DNA of 64,000 nucleotides from Octopus bimaculoides (Eukaryota): NCBI RefSeq assembly GCF_001194135.2, contig NC_068981.1, positions 44,126,735 to 44,190,734 of the forward strand, read 5' to 3'. Shown piece by piece: positions 26,985 to 40,575 of this stretch (position 1 is its first letter; each line of letters starts with the position of its first letter). The notes under the pieces were generated by a model. It saw only the letters and a program-made list of their open reading frames with translations, ran no database searches and was not told where the DNA came from. The position numbers and the translations under genes were made by a program.

Positions 26985-28027
26985 CTGAAATACAAAAATC
27001 ATGAATATATAAATATATAGTTGAAATTTATCGAAAAACAAAGACGAAGACAGGTGTATGAACAATAAGTAGGTGTATTAGTTTGATGTTCGGGGAAAGG
27101 AAATCCATTTACATATCTGTGTATTTATGTAACACGAATAAGGAACAATTATTTTACATTTTGATAATTCAAATATAAAATAGATAGTTAAACTCACTTG
27201 TGCTCGTCAGAGGTCATTTTCTTATTGTTGGCCAAACATTTCAGCACATATTGCTGAAAATCTTCAATCACAAAATTGAAAGATCTCAAACTTGCATAAG
27301 AAACAAGAAATGAAGGAAACGTAATATTTTAGCTAATCACGAGAGAAAAAGATGTCTGGATTTATGTTTGAAAACTTTGGATAAACAATATTTTATAAGC
27401 ACAAAAATAAAGCATGAGATGTGGCAACAACATTTATTGTAATGTAATGATTTTAAAATAGGGATCTGACAGATATTTATTAGTTACATTAAGATATAGA
27501 TGTATACTTACAAACGCCGGTCTCCTAGGAGAACAACAGTGATGTCATTCTTTGTGACCTTCATACTAAAATGGAAAGTTTGGAAATAACGCTGTTATTC
27601 GTCTTTATTGGAACAAAATGCAATGAGCATCGAAGTATAATTTTTAATTACTGCGCCTTATAAGGCAGTGTATTCATGATCTCATATTCAAATTAAAATA
27701 ATGATAATAGATTGAAATGATTTTTTCTGTATATATTTGCATATGTTAGTTTGTCTGTGTGTGAGAGTGAGAGATATAGACAGACATACAGAAACGTGCG
27801 CACAAAGTCAGTTCTGCTGATTTGTATGATATCCTTATGGAACAGTAAATGCGTAGTAAAGGAACTTTCACTAAAACCAGCTGGATCAACAATTACAATT
27901 CTTTGTTTTTTTATGTTTTACTTTATTTAATGTAAACGAATGAGGAAATGACACAGACAATACATTATTATATACATGATATATGTTATAAGATGTCATA
28001 CATTCATACACACACACACACACACAC

Positions 28028-28081
<54 letters not shown>

Positions 28082-31000
28082 AAACAAATCATGAAATAAT
28101 CATACACTAGGGATCTTAAATTGAGAAAGATTTTAATAATCAGATTCCTTTTTTATATATTACAAATTTTATATTTAGATGCATTACTGTTATTCTATCT
28201 GATCTCATCAATGCGGAAGTAGTAAACCTGTATCCATCAGATACAGACATTCTGTTTTGTCATGATCACTATATCATGGAAGATCTAACCCTCTATAGTT
28301 TAATATATACCACCCATATTTAATCAAGGTACCCTTGGACTGATGAATAGCCTGCGGTATACACCTCTTTTTGATATTTTCCACTTCCGAGGTTCCGCTC
28401 GCTATGAAACATATGTAACCCGGATCACTTCTACCCCATGCCTTAACTCTTATATATATATATATATATATATATATACGTATTTATGTATACATTTGAG
28501 TGTGTGTGTCATTGTGTGTTTTTGTCTACCACCACCACAACTATCATCGCTTCACAACCGATTTTGGCGTGATTGCATCACCGTAAGCTAGCGGTTTCGC
28601 ATAAGATATGGATCAAATACGCACTAGGGTTTTCAAGAGTAAATCCTAGTTTCTATTTTCGACTATAAACATTTCAAGGCGGTCTTCCCGCATGACCGCA
28701 GACGAATGGCAGACAAATCACAAAATGAAAGAATATACGTGTGTGTATGTGTTTTCGAACAAGGATAAATGCATGTGTATGCGCTCTAATAATTACGAAC
28801 CACGAGCCTCAAGATAAAAGTTGAAGTATGGAGTTAGCAAATGAATTAATAAGAAATATCAAAAGAAAAAACTTACTCCTTCCAGTCATTGACATTTCTC
28901 ACTCTAGAAATGAAAAGAAATACATGTTATTTTCTCTGATAAAAACATTTTAAATCCTCTAAATTTTATTAAACTTTTTTTAGGGGAAAAGTGTCTGAAT
29001 TATGTGGAATGTAAATGACTACAAATAAAATAACATATGTGTGGCATGAGACATACATATTAATTATGACCGTACATGACTACAATTATAAGTAACAGAA
29101 AATGGTATTTGTCGAATACTCAAGCGTTATGCAGTATACAAGGAAATGCTGTGTAAAAGTTGAATTCAGAATGAAGAAGTTACTTGACTTAAAATTTATA
29201 GCAGTACCAAAAATACAGATATTGCATATTGTTGAAAGGAAATGAAAGAAGCTCAAGATTATAAAAAAAAGAAAAAACGTCTTTAAGTCTAAGGAATCGA
29301 TGTATATATGGGAGTGATTCTATGGTAAGAATTTTGTATGTGTAATAAAGGGACTGGCAGATATTTCTCTTTTTGTTTAAACATATGATTTAAAATATAC
29401 TTTCATAATTTTCTCATTTTAAGTTCATATTTCATTTTTCATATCAACAGTACATAATATTATAAGCGTTGCTTTTTTCATCGCATAAAAACAGTCACCA
29501 GTTTCTCACAGATTACATATAGGGTCATATGTGTGCGTTTTGATTATGTATATATGCATACTTGTATATATGAAGTCATGTGTGTAAATGAATATATACG
29601 TATACATATATACATATATGTATATATATGTATATATATATGTATATNNNNNNNNNNNNNNNNNNNNNNNNNNNNNNNNNNNNNNNNNNNNNNNNNNNNN
29701 NNNNNNNNNNNNNNNNNNNNNNNNNNNNNNNNNNNNNNNNNNNNNNNNNNNNNNNNNNNNNNNNNNNNNNNNNNNNNNNNNNNNNNNNNNNNNNNNNNNN
29801 NNNNNNNNNNNNNNNNNNNNNNNNNNNNNNNNNNNNNNNNNNNNNNNNNNNNNNNNNNNNNATATATATACACATATATATACATACATACATACATGCA
29901 TGCATACATACATACATACATACATACATACATACATACATACATACTTAAATACATACATACATACATACGTGGTACTCGTTTCAAATTTGGAAGTAGA
30001 GTGATCATTTAATGCTGCAGCATGTGAAGAAAACCTTAATATATATCATTGTTATTCACTAACGTTCGTTGATAGGCAGAGAAAAACTGTCAACTACGAG
30101 TATATACGTTAGAAATTTCTTTACATAGCCAGAAAAGAAAATAATTTAAGTTCTATTTCCAGGTTAAAACAATTAATATTAGATTTAAAATTTTATCAAT
30201 TTACATATTTTGGTATGTCAGAATCTATAGCAGGATAAGTCTTAGTATACATCAATCATACATTTTGTTTGCTACTATAAAGTTCTGTATTGTAGGAAAG
30301 ATTAGTAATATTATTAATTTGGAGAAGTATACATTATTCTAAATGTAAATACAAGCTTCGTGACACATATGTGTATTGCCGTTCGTGTTTGTTTCTTCTA
30401 CCTTGGGTAGATTTTGCTCAAAGAATTGCGCCCAACTTTAATATATATAATGTAGTCTTATTTGAAACAAGTTAACATGATGACAATTTCAAATTAATAA
30501 TATTTTATGACATGTATATTTGTATCATTGACAATTAAATGTTACTAAAATCATCAATGTCCACCAGGCGAGCCTGGGCGTTAAATGTCCTTATAGAGCA
30601 GGAGCAGGTCACACCCAATTAACAGAAATTGATATTATATACTAAATAAGGTGGCGAGCTGGCAGAAACGATAGCAAGCTGGGCGAAATGCTTGGTGGTA
30701 TTTCGTCTGCCTTTAATGTTCTGAGTTCAAATTCACCTGAGGGCGACTTTTTCTTTCATCCTTTCGGGGTCAATTAAACAAGTTCTAGTTAAGCACTGGG
30801 GTTAATGCAATCGACTTAATCCTTTTGTCTGTCCTTGTTTGTCTTCTCTATTGTTAGTCCCTTGTGAGATATAAAGAAATATATAATATATACTTACTCT
30901 TTTGCGCTACTATCTGCATTACTGTAAAGGAAAATGTGACAGTTGAATTTATTAACAAAAATGAAGTCAATTTTAATAATATAAACAATTAGAAATATAA

Positions 31001-33004
31001 AATCATGGAGCTGTTTTGATTCCAGCTACAGAAATTTCAAATTTACTCAACACAATTCATATATAACTTGAAGCATCATTCAATTCGGACTTGTCATCAT
31101 ATTCATGTGGTGTTGTGCTGGATGTCATTGTTGTATTAAGGATAGTTTTAGGACAATGAAACTATAATTGAGGAAGTGACAGCTCTTTCTGTTTTGTATA
31201 TTTGTCACCAGATAACCAAGTTTCATCACTTGGTAATGGATTATTATATTACAGTGATTATTGCGCACGTATTTACAAATATATATATATATATATATAT
31301 ATANNNNNNNNNNNNNNNNNNNNNNNNNNNNNNNNNNNNNNNNNNNNNNNNNNNNNNNNNNNNNNNNNNNNNNNNNNNNNNNNNNNNNNNNNNNNNNNNN
31401 NNNNNNNNNNNNNNNNNNNNNNNNNNNNNNNNNNNNNNNNNNNNNNNNNNTATGTGTGTGTGTGTGTGTTTACCTGTATGTGCATGTGTCAGTATGCGCG
31501 TGTACATATGGATAAACCAGTTTGGCTAGCGTAAGCTAGTATGACATGTATGGTCAAGCTATACGGCACATGATCGTCAGGTATATGTATTTAATTTCAT
31601 TGTTAGGTATTGATCTTAGGTAATAAGCATAGTCAAACTAAGAAAGCATTCATCAAAATGTTGTGTGTATAGCTACTACTCAACATTATTTAACTTTTTT
31701 TTAAATATGAACATCATTCATATCGGAAGCAAAAACACTTGAATTACATAATTTGCAATGTTCAAAACTGTTGCAGTAGACGTTTCTGTTTACGCAAATT
31801 ATACATTTTGATTGTGAGTGTGAAAACTCTCAAAAAGAGGAACCCATGTTGTTAATTTGTAGAATAATCCATTTTTCAAAAGACGTTTCTTTGATATATT
31901 AATACTTGCTGTCTCACACAACATTCTGTGTTCACTTTTTTCTGTTTCTTCAACCAAGGTTTGTTTCTTCACTAATATTTGCAACTGAATTTAATATACA
32001 ACCTTTATTCTTATTGAGAAAACATAACAAAACTTATATTGCATATTGATATTTTATACAATGCATATATTTCCTAAGGGAAGCATTAAATTCATGTTGA
32101 TTAGATACTATTAGAAATATTGTGAACTCTACCAGTTAAGGTTATATTCCATATACACTTGAAGTAGGTCCGTTATAAACATAATGTTCATCGTTTAGTG
32201 TTGAGCTGAATTGGATGTCGTTTGTTACAATTTAATGCCTGTGCACTTGTGATATTAAGAAGACTGATGTTCATCTTGAACATGTTCAGCTGGATGCTAT
32301 TGTTAAAACATAGTTGAGATGGACGCTTTGTGTTCTGACTTTCCATCACCTATGTCCTGCAGAGTAGGGCATGGTGATTGGAAGGAGAAATATATGAGAT
32401 GGGTGGATTCTATGAAACGCACAGTTCACTGTATCAATAGTGCTCCTAGCAGATGACGAGCGATGACATGTCATTTTCGGACACTGTGATATGTGCACAA
32501 GCTGGCAAGGATTACTTATAGGATATAGATTCGGTAGAATATTTAAGGTTGAAATTGTGAGTTAAATATTTATATAGTATGCTATAGAAAGGTTTATTTA
32601 ACTAGTATATGCTTTGCTTGTGTATGTGATTTGTGCATCCGAACTCTCGGTCCTATTGTGTAGAGGGTTTTGGAATCTGGTGTATAAGATTAATAGGGAT
32701 GAAGTTCTCGCACATATGTTTAATGGAATGCTACATGTTCTCATAGGAGTTTTAGTATGATTTTAACGGAAGAGTTAGTTATCACTCAATTTTCGCACTT
32801 TGACAGTAACACCGTCCCTGATAACATAGAGCTCTCTAATTTCAATCTCGCTGGAACACAAACCTTGATCAAGTGTTTGTACAAGTGATGGAATATTACA
32901 TCAATCGAGTATGTAGGATAATTCAAGTTTCAATACTTACTCTCCTATTCCCAGGAAACGTAACAGCCCTTCAGATCTGAAAAATATTGACATATAATCA
33001 ATTA

Positions 33005-33042
<38 letters not shown>

Positions 33043-33104
33043 NNNNNNNNNNNNNNNNNNNNNNNNNNNNNNNNNNNNNNNNNNNNNNNNNNNNNNNNNN
33101 NNNN

Positions 33105-33146
<42 letters not shown>

Positions 33147-33983
33147 AGGCAAGCAGAGTTAGTGGTTATGATAATAAGCTTGAGAAATTTTAGCCTGACA
33201 CAAGTATGAACTCCACCATCAACACCAACACGAAGTATGTGATGTTCAGAACATCGTTGACTGGCAAACAAAATCCAATTTATATATGTATGTGTGTAAA
33301 TGTATGCATATAAATATTTTTCAAATGCAATTAACAATTCACCAAATATGAAAAACGTTCAAATACAACGCAAAATTTACATTCAATTTATATGTGATGG
33401 AATATTGTCCTCTGTATGTATAATACCTGTTTAATCTGAACATTCACATTTATACACGGTATATGAAATTACTGAGATGTAGTAGCATAACAAGTGATTT
33501 GGTCTGAGATCGCGTGCTTAAACAAAAACTATTGCAGCGTGGAAGATATTTGTAAGCCATTTAAGAACACATAAAATCCGTTAATATCACTTGAACGTTT
33601 AAATTTAATTGGTATCAAAATATTTTCGTCGCATTGAAACCGCGACCTGTTCACTGACAAAACTTCGTGCTGCATGAATTATTGTCAGTGAACAGGTTGC
33701 AGTGAAACTATATGAAAGTGTTTTAAATATACTTACGCGATATTTCCCAAGAAACCAGAAAATGCGCCGCTTACACTAAAATGAAAGAATAAATTTACTA
33801 CATGAGTTATAGGATAAAAATGAAAACAAAAAAAACTTCATAGGGTATGATAAGCATTTTTTTAATCACTTATGTTTGACTTTGAATGTGATTTTAAGTA
33901 ATATTTGAATATATATATTTTTTTTAAATGGGCAGTTTATCCAATTTGCTATGCGCGAAATTGCGACCAATTAATTTCTCGTA

Positions 33984-34063
<80 letters not shown>

Positions 34064-36923
34064 GAAAGAAAGAGAGAGAGCAATAAGAAAATGGAGGGGA
34101 TTAATAGGTGGTATTCATGAACTTATAGACATTATGTTATGTCAAATTATTTGTTTATTTACTAAAAGAGCAATTATAATAATATACAAACGCATATTTC
34201 ATATTATTCCCTACATATATGATATAATATAATAATATATAAAATGAAAAATATAAAATATAAAATATCAGTAATTATAAAAATATAACATATAGTGATA
34301 GAAAATGGGATAATATCTTAAAGCTCTTTCAGTCTAGGGGTAAAACACCTCATTCTAACTTTATCACTCCAGTAAACTGAATAATTATTAGATGAAATAG
34401 AGGTACTTAGATGTTTCTCTAGGCCACATCAGAGAGATAAAAATCAAGGGTGTGTAGATTTTAGAACATTTATAAATAGGTCTCACTGCTGTTTCCAGAA
34501 TATTTATTATATCTCTTCATCGGAGACGGTGTGAGAAGATGGTTAAGCTATAGTTAATTTAGATAAGATACGAAATAGAGAGAGAGGTGGAGGAATGAAA
34601 ATAGATGAGAGATATACATGTATATATATACAGCCTTGATGTGAGATGTGAGATTTAGATGTATATATATATATATATATATATATGGATGTATCTCAGC
34701 CTACAAGACGACTGTTGTAATGTTCCAGCCTGCACCAGTAAATCCATATGTAGAACCAGCTATCTTGGTTGAAGGAACAATTTTGAAAGTGGTAGACGAG
34801 TTTGTCTAACTGGGGAGCACACTCAGCCGTTTTTGCTGCCTGGATGATGAAATATCTTTCAGGCTGCAGAGAGCAACTGATTCTTTCCGGTCTCTTGAGT
34901 CTTGTGTCTCGTCCCAACATCACAAGGCAAACTAAAATTGCTGTGTATCGTACATGTGTACTGGCATCGTTCCTTTACACATGTCGGACATGAACCCTTT
35001 ACAAACGTCATTTAGGTGTCCTTGAATGCTTTCATCAGAGATGTCTGAAACACATTCTGAATGTTGGTTGGACCTTAAAAGCTCTAGACACACAGGTCCC
35101 GAGGACAGCTGATATATTGAGTATTGAGGCGACGGTGCACAAACACTAGCTATGTTGGACTGGACACCTTATTAGAAGGAAAGATAGCAGGATCCTTAAA
35201 CAGATGCTATACGGAGAACTAGTTAATGGAAAGAGACCCCGGCAGAAACCAAGGCTGCGATTTAAGGACTGTGTCATGTACTCATTAAAGGCCTGTGATA
35301 TGTAGGTGACTGACTAGGAGAACAATGCCTGTGATCGTCACAAATGAAGGAAGCAGGTTGAGGAGGGGGAAACACCTTTGAGAAAGCACGTATTCTGCAT
35401 GAAAAAGTTTAGCGTGCAGCTCCAAGGCGCATGAAGAAAGCTTGGTTTGCAATGTTTGCAGTCGTGTATGCTTGTCAAAGGTTCATCTGCTATAATAGAG
35501 CCGCGAATGCAAAATATAAGTTAGTCACAGAGCACACAATGTTCCTGAAGGTCAGCAACAGTCTTTCTCAGACGGCCATCATAGACATATATATTTATAT
35601 ACATACATATATAATTTATATGTATTTATGCATATATATGTACGTATGCATGTATGTGGATGTAAAGAAATGCTATTCTTTATAATTTTATCTACTTTCA
35701 GTCCCAAAGTTTAATGGATACTTATTTTGCCCATATACCTAAAAATGATATTGTTATAGGGTACAGTTTTCACATTAATATAATATAAAATTCAATAACT
35801 TACATATCTAGTGTCGCTTTGCCAAGACGAGCTCTGTAAAGGAAAACAATAAATAAATAAAATACATGATAAATGAAATATAGAGAAATTTATGTATAGA
35901 CACAGACACATATTACTAACACAGTAGCGCCACCTAGAAAAGTATTTATATTAATTATTTTAGGAGACCATGGACCACTCAAGCAGAAAGTTGTTCTTGG
36001 CTGAGACATATCCAGGTGTAGGTGGTTTACCGGGTATTTCCTGGATGATTTTGCTCAGGTACCGTTTTAAAGTTGTAGGGCGTTTTCTACTTTAATTTCT
36101 TTTGAGATATATAACGTTCTTTACGTTACATACATCAATTCATTGAACCTTCATAAAATACACCTTTTAGATTCTTTCGTTCACCACTTCACCTTAAATT
36201 ATTAAGTTGGAAATAAAACCTCATATGTTTGGCAATAAATTTGAAGTGTGTTATTATTTACTATAAGATATGCATTCATTTATATTTACATTCTAATGCT
36301 TTTGTTCCTTAACAGATTACTTCAAAGCATAGTACTTTCCAAATTGATAAAGATTATATTCTTTAAAAACTAGTTTAGAACTAACTTTAACACGTGCGTG
36401 CATGCGCAGGGGTGTGGGCGTATGTAAATGAGTATGTGTTTATATAATTGTGAAGGTATACAGAGCACATTCAACATTAATATTACATAATCAAGTATAA
36501 CTCACATGGCGCGTTTGCTCCTGACTGATCGTTTTGGCCTGTAAACAAACGAACATAACTCATTAATAAATCAAATATGACGGTAATCAAGTATATANNN
36601 NNNNNNNNNNNNNNNNNNNNNNNNNNNNNNNNNNNNNNNNNNNNNNNNNNNNNNNNNNNNNNNNNNNNNNNNNNNNNNNNNNNNNNNNNNNNNNNNNNNN
36701 NNNNNNNNNNNNNNNNNNNNNNNNNNNNNNNNNNNNNNNNNNNNNNNNNNNNNNNNNNNNNNNNNNNNNNNNNNNNNNNNNNNNNNNNNNNNNNNNNNNN
36801 NNNNNNNNNNNNNNNNNNNNNNNNNNNNNNNNNNNNNNNNNNNNNNNNNNNNNNNNNNNNNNNNNNNNNNNNNNNNNNNNNNNNNNNNNNNNNNNNNNNN
36901 NNNNNNNNNNNNNNNNNNNNNNN

Positions 36924-36989
<66 letters not shown>

Positions 36990-39900
36990 TAATGTTTGAT
37001 GCCACTTCAACATGACTGTTTCGTCCGGAACAATGTTACTACTACATTTTATTTCCAGAATAACAGTGCGGAATTCCTGAAGTATATCCAGTGGGAGTAT
37101 AACTCAACCGTGGATGACATCAGGTAGCCCAAGCTGTGAACTTGATTTACTAAATACACTAATTCACAATTACCCATTAGCCCACTTAGACTTGAGACAA
37201 TGGAAAAGACTATAACTCAGTTCGAAACACGGTTCGAAACACATTGAAGACTCATGAGTAAACAATACATAACATTTTTCCGAATTAATATATAATCTGT
37301 AGCTTGATGCTTACAAAAGTGTGCAGACAACTCTTGTTCAGCTGGACAAAGATGTGGCGATGTAAATACTGCAAAGCTTCGAAGTAAAATGGCATATGTC
37401 AACTTCAATTAGATTTGTAAATCTAATTTGATCCCAAAGAATATAACTAATTATATACAGGCGGATGGTGAAAAGTCGTTAGTTTTAAGGATATCGTGAA
37501 AGTCCCGGCTGGAAACCCAAACTTCCGCGTTCATTTAAACTGCTTAGAAAAACTGAAAGACCGCTGCAATAAGTGTATGAGTCCTGGAGGGGAATTTGTT
37601 GGATAAAACCATAAATAACTGATCCAACTGCATTTTCTTTTCTCCGAAGCCAGGAACATTTCAGTACACTCTTATATTATGAACTCTACAAAAAGACAAT
37701 GTAATTCCATTGGTTGTGGAATTATACACCACTAAATAGTATTTGGTTGTAGTTAAATTTGTAGATATAAGATTTATCCTAATAATATTTATGCGATCAA
37801 TAACATGTGCTACGTAAATAATAATTAGTGTGATAATTAGTGTAAAATAATATTTCCAAATAAATATAATAAAATTGCAATTCCAAATAGATTTAACGAC
37901 ACTGCACAAGCATAATCAGATTATTTCACTGAGGAAATTTTGATGACTTACCGTTTAAATTCTTTGCCCTTGGGAATGGCAAAAGGATCCTCAAAGATCT
38001 TCTGAAAACAACCCATAGCATTTTTAAATGCTTTTTTTTCATACTGTTTGAAGTGGTAAATCGGAAACAGTAGTAGGCGTTTTATATATCTGTGAATAAG
38101 GCATGAACTTCCAATTAGAGCAATAACATGAACAATATACAAATAAACATATATATATAAAAACATATCAACTACAATATACATATATGCGGTGTGCGTA
38201 TATATATTTATATACACACACATGTATATGTATAAATATCCATATATATATGTATGTATGCATGTATCTATCTGTCTCTATATATATATGTATGTATATA
38301 GGCATATATATATATATATANNNNNNNNNNNNNNNNNNNNNNNNNNNNNNNNNNNNNNNNNNNNNNNNNNNNNNNNNNNNNNNNNNNNNNNNNNNNNNNN
38401 NNNNNNNNNNNNNNNNNNNNNNNNNNNNNNNNNNNNNNNNNNNNNNNNNNNNNNNNNNNNNNNNNNNNNNNNNNNNNNNNNNNNNNNNNNNNNNNNNNNN
38501 NNNNNNNNNNNNNNNNNNNNNNNNNNNNNNNNNNNNNNNNNNNNNNNNNNNNNNNNNNNNNNNNNNNNNNNNNNNNNNNNNNNNNNNNNNNNNNNNNNNN
38601 NNNNNNNNNNNNNNNNNNNNNNNNNNNNNNNNNNNNNNNNNNNNNNNNNNNNNNNNNNNNNNNNNNNNNNNNNNNNNNNNNNNNNNNNNNNNNNNNNNNN
38701 NNNNNNNNNNNNNNNNNNNNNNNNNNNNNNNNNNNNNNNNNNNNNNNNNNNNNNNNNNNNNNNNNNNNNNNNNNNNNNNNNNNNNNNNNNNNNNNNNNNN
38801 NNNNNNNNNNNNNNNNNNNNNNNNNNNNNNNNNNATGAGAAAAAAATTAAGAATCAGTTGAAATAGGTACTTAAGTTGAAGCACCAAGTTAATCCGGTAT
38901 TATCCTCAAAACTCGAAATAAAGTGAACAAAATCAAATTAAGTAACAGGACATCAAATCGTAATGCAGTACAACCGTTTCAAGCGGCTCTATTTAATTGA
39001 ACAATGCAATCTTTACATCAATTTAGATACAGAGCTATATTCAGCTGCACAAAGTATAGAATTCTATATGTTTGAGGAGATAAAGATAGCACTGCATTTC
39101 TAGATGCTGATGGTCAGACTAAAATCCTTCGACGCTCGTGAGAAGTTATTAGATTGTCAAGAAAGTTCTTGCAGAATTTTAAAGTTTTGTTTGAAATGAC
39201 GTATTTTCAAAATAGATTCGTTAAATTACTTTGATTTCATATATCATTTAAAAGCCCGTTTTTCACTCTATCTATTCGTGTTACTCTTTTTCTTTTTGGA
39301 TAATTAAGCTATTTTGTCCGGACCGTTGAATACAACAGGGGCAAAAAGTAAATTCGCACATTTTCTTATTCCAGTTGAAGATTGGCCGAAAAGCTTTACT
39401 CTTTCTGTAAACTTTCGAATGCTGCTTCCCACAGGACGCATAAATACAAAGCAAATCAGAGCGTGGCAACTACACAGTCGTGTTTTGTTCCATTGGAGAC
39501 TGTGAATGAAACGAACATTTCCGCGCTTGATCTGACAGAAGCCATCATCCGTTGATAGAAATATATGATGACATTGAGAATCTTTTCGGGAACACCTAGC
39601 TATCAAAGGACAAACCAAAGAGCAACCATTGCTACAGTGATGAAAGGTTTAGTTAGTTCTACAGGAACGTCTCGATCATGTTCTCCAGCTTTTACTGCAA
39701 TTTCCTTAGGTTGAAAATCATATCCACTGTGCCTCGACCAACCCAAAAGCAACACTGACATTCAAGAAACACTAAGTTAGCAGGGACATCTTTTAATTCG
39801 TTTAATATAAACCTTCTAAGGATCTTCACATAAGGGAAATACTTCTTTAGTGGTTACATTCGTATTTGTTGCCTTTAATATTTGGTTACTTCATTTAAAT

Positions 39901-40487
39901 TCATGATTGGAGAATTGCAGATGGGAATACCTGCATATTTATTTTTGCCAATGCAAACGTGCAATGACATGGAGTCTTTCACTAATTATAAGAGAAGTTC
40001 CACCAAGTCCTTCCGAATAGCAAACTCAACACATGAGTCTTTATTTACATCTTGAGGTTTACCCAGCCATAAAAAAGTGTACCAGCATCATCCTCTTACA
40101 GCTGAACACAATCCGTTAATCTAGTTCCTAAGAGAGCTACTACTCCAATGTATTTTTATTCTTCAAGAGATGGTCAACTAAAGCAGTCCTACGTTTAGTT
40201 TTTCTTACTGTCCTGAAGTGTTCTCAATTTCCAAGATGCAAAAAAGGGTTGATTACTCATGATTTCATGACGAGATTTGTTTTTTGCCCCGCAGGTGTCC
40301 AAGTAACATTCTCCTCAACTTGCAAGCTGGGAGGGATAGCCAGTCTTGTCACCGAGGATCTAACCATGCAACATGTTATAGCGTGTTACATGTTACCACT
40401 AGCGCTCGAGAGTGACCTGACACAAATATGTGTGTATGTGTGTGTATGTGCATGCATGTATGTACGTATAATGTATGTATGCCTGTG

Positions 40488-40575
<88 letters not shown>

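Noticed and set aside
31750-32900. Helitron Rep/helicase relic (GPTS-like motif)
   Set aside because: Endonuclease-type motifs (..STID, SNH, KPW) fit better and no helicase motifs were found.
35925-35937. CTCF-like motif tagcgccacctag
   Set aside because: Only part of the consensus; the 3' TGG is missing. A single short match is not evidence.
37952-38089. Similarity of exon 4 to a DH/alsin-type RhoGEF helix (RLLLFPI..F..Y)
   Set aside because: The spliced protein has a signal peptide and furin sites and no other DH/PH features. Likely chance.
39800-40300. Helitron helicase C-terminus (GTRL, TNVTTKEVF)
   Set aside because: The full context matches the RTE endonuclease (RRTALV, ..TRL, FAIRK.LV, ISERL).
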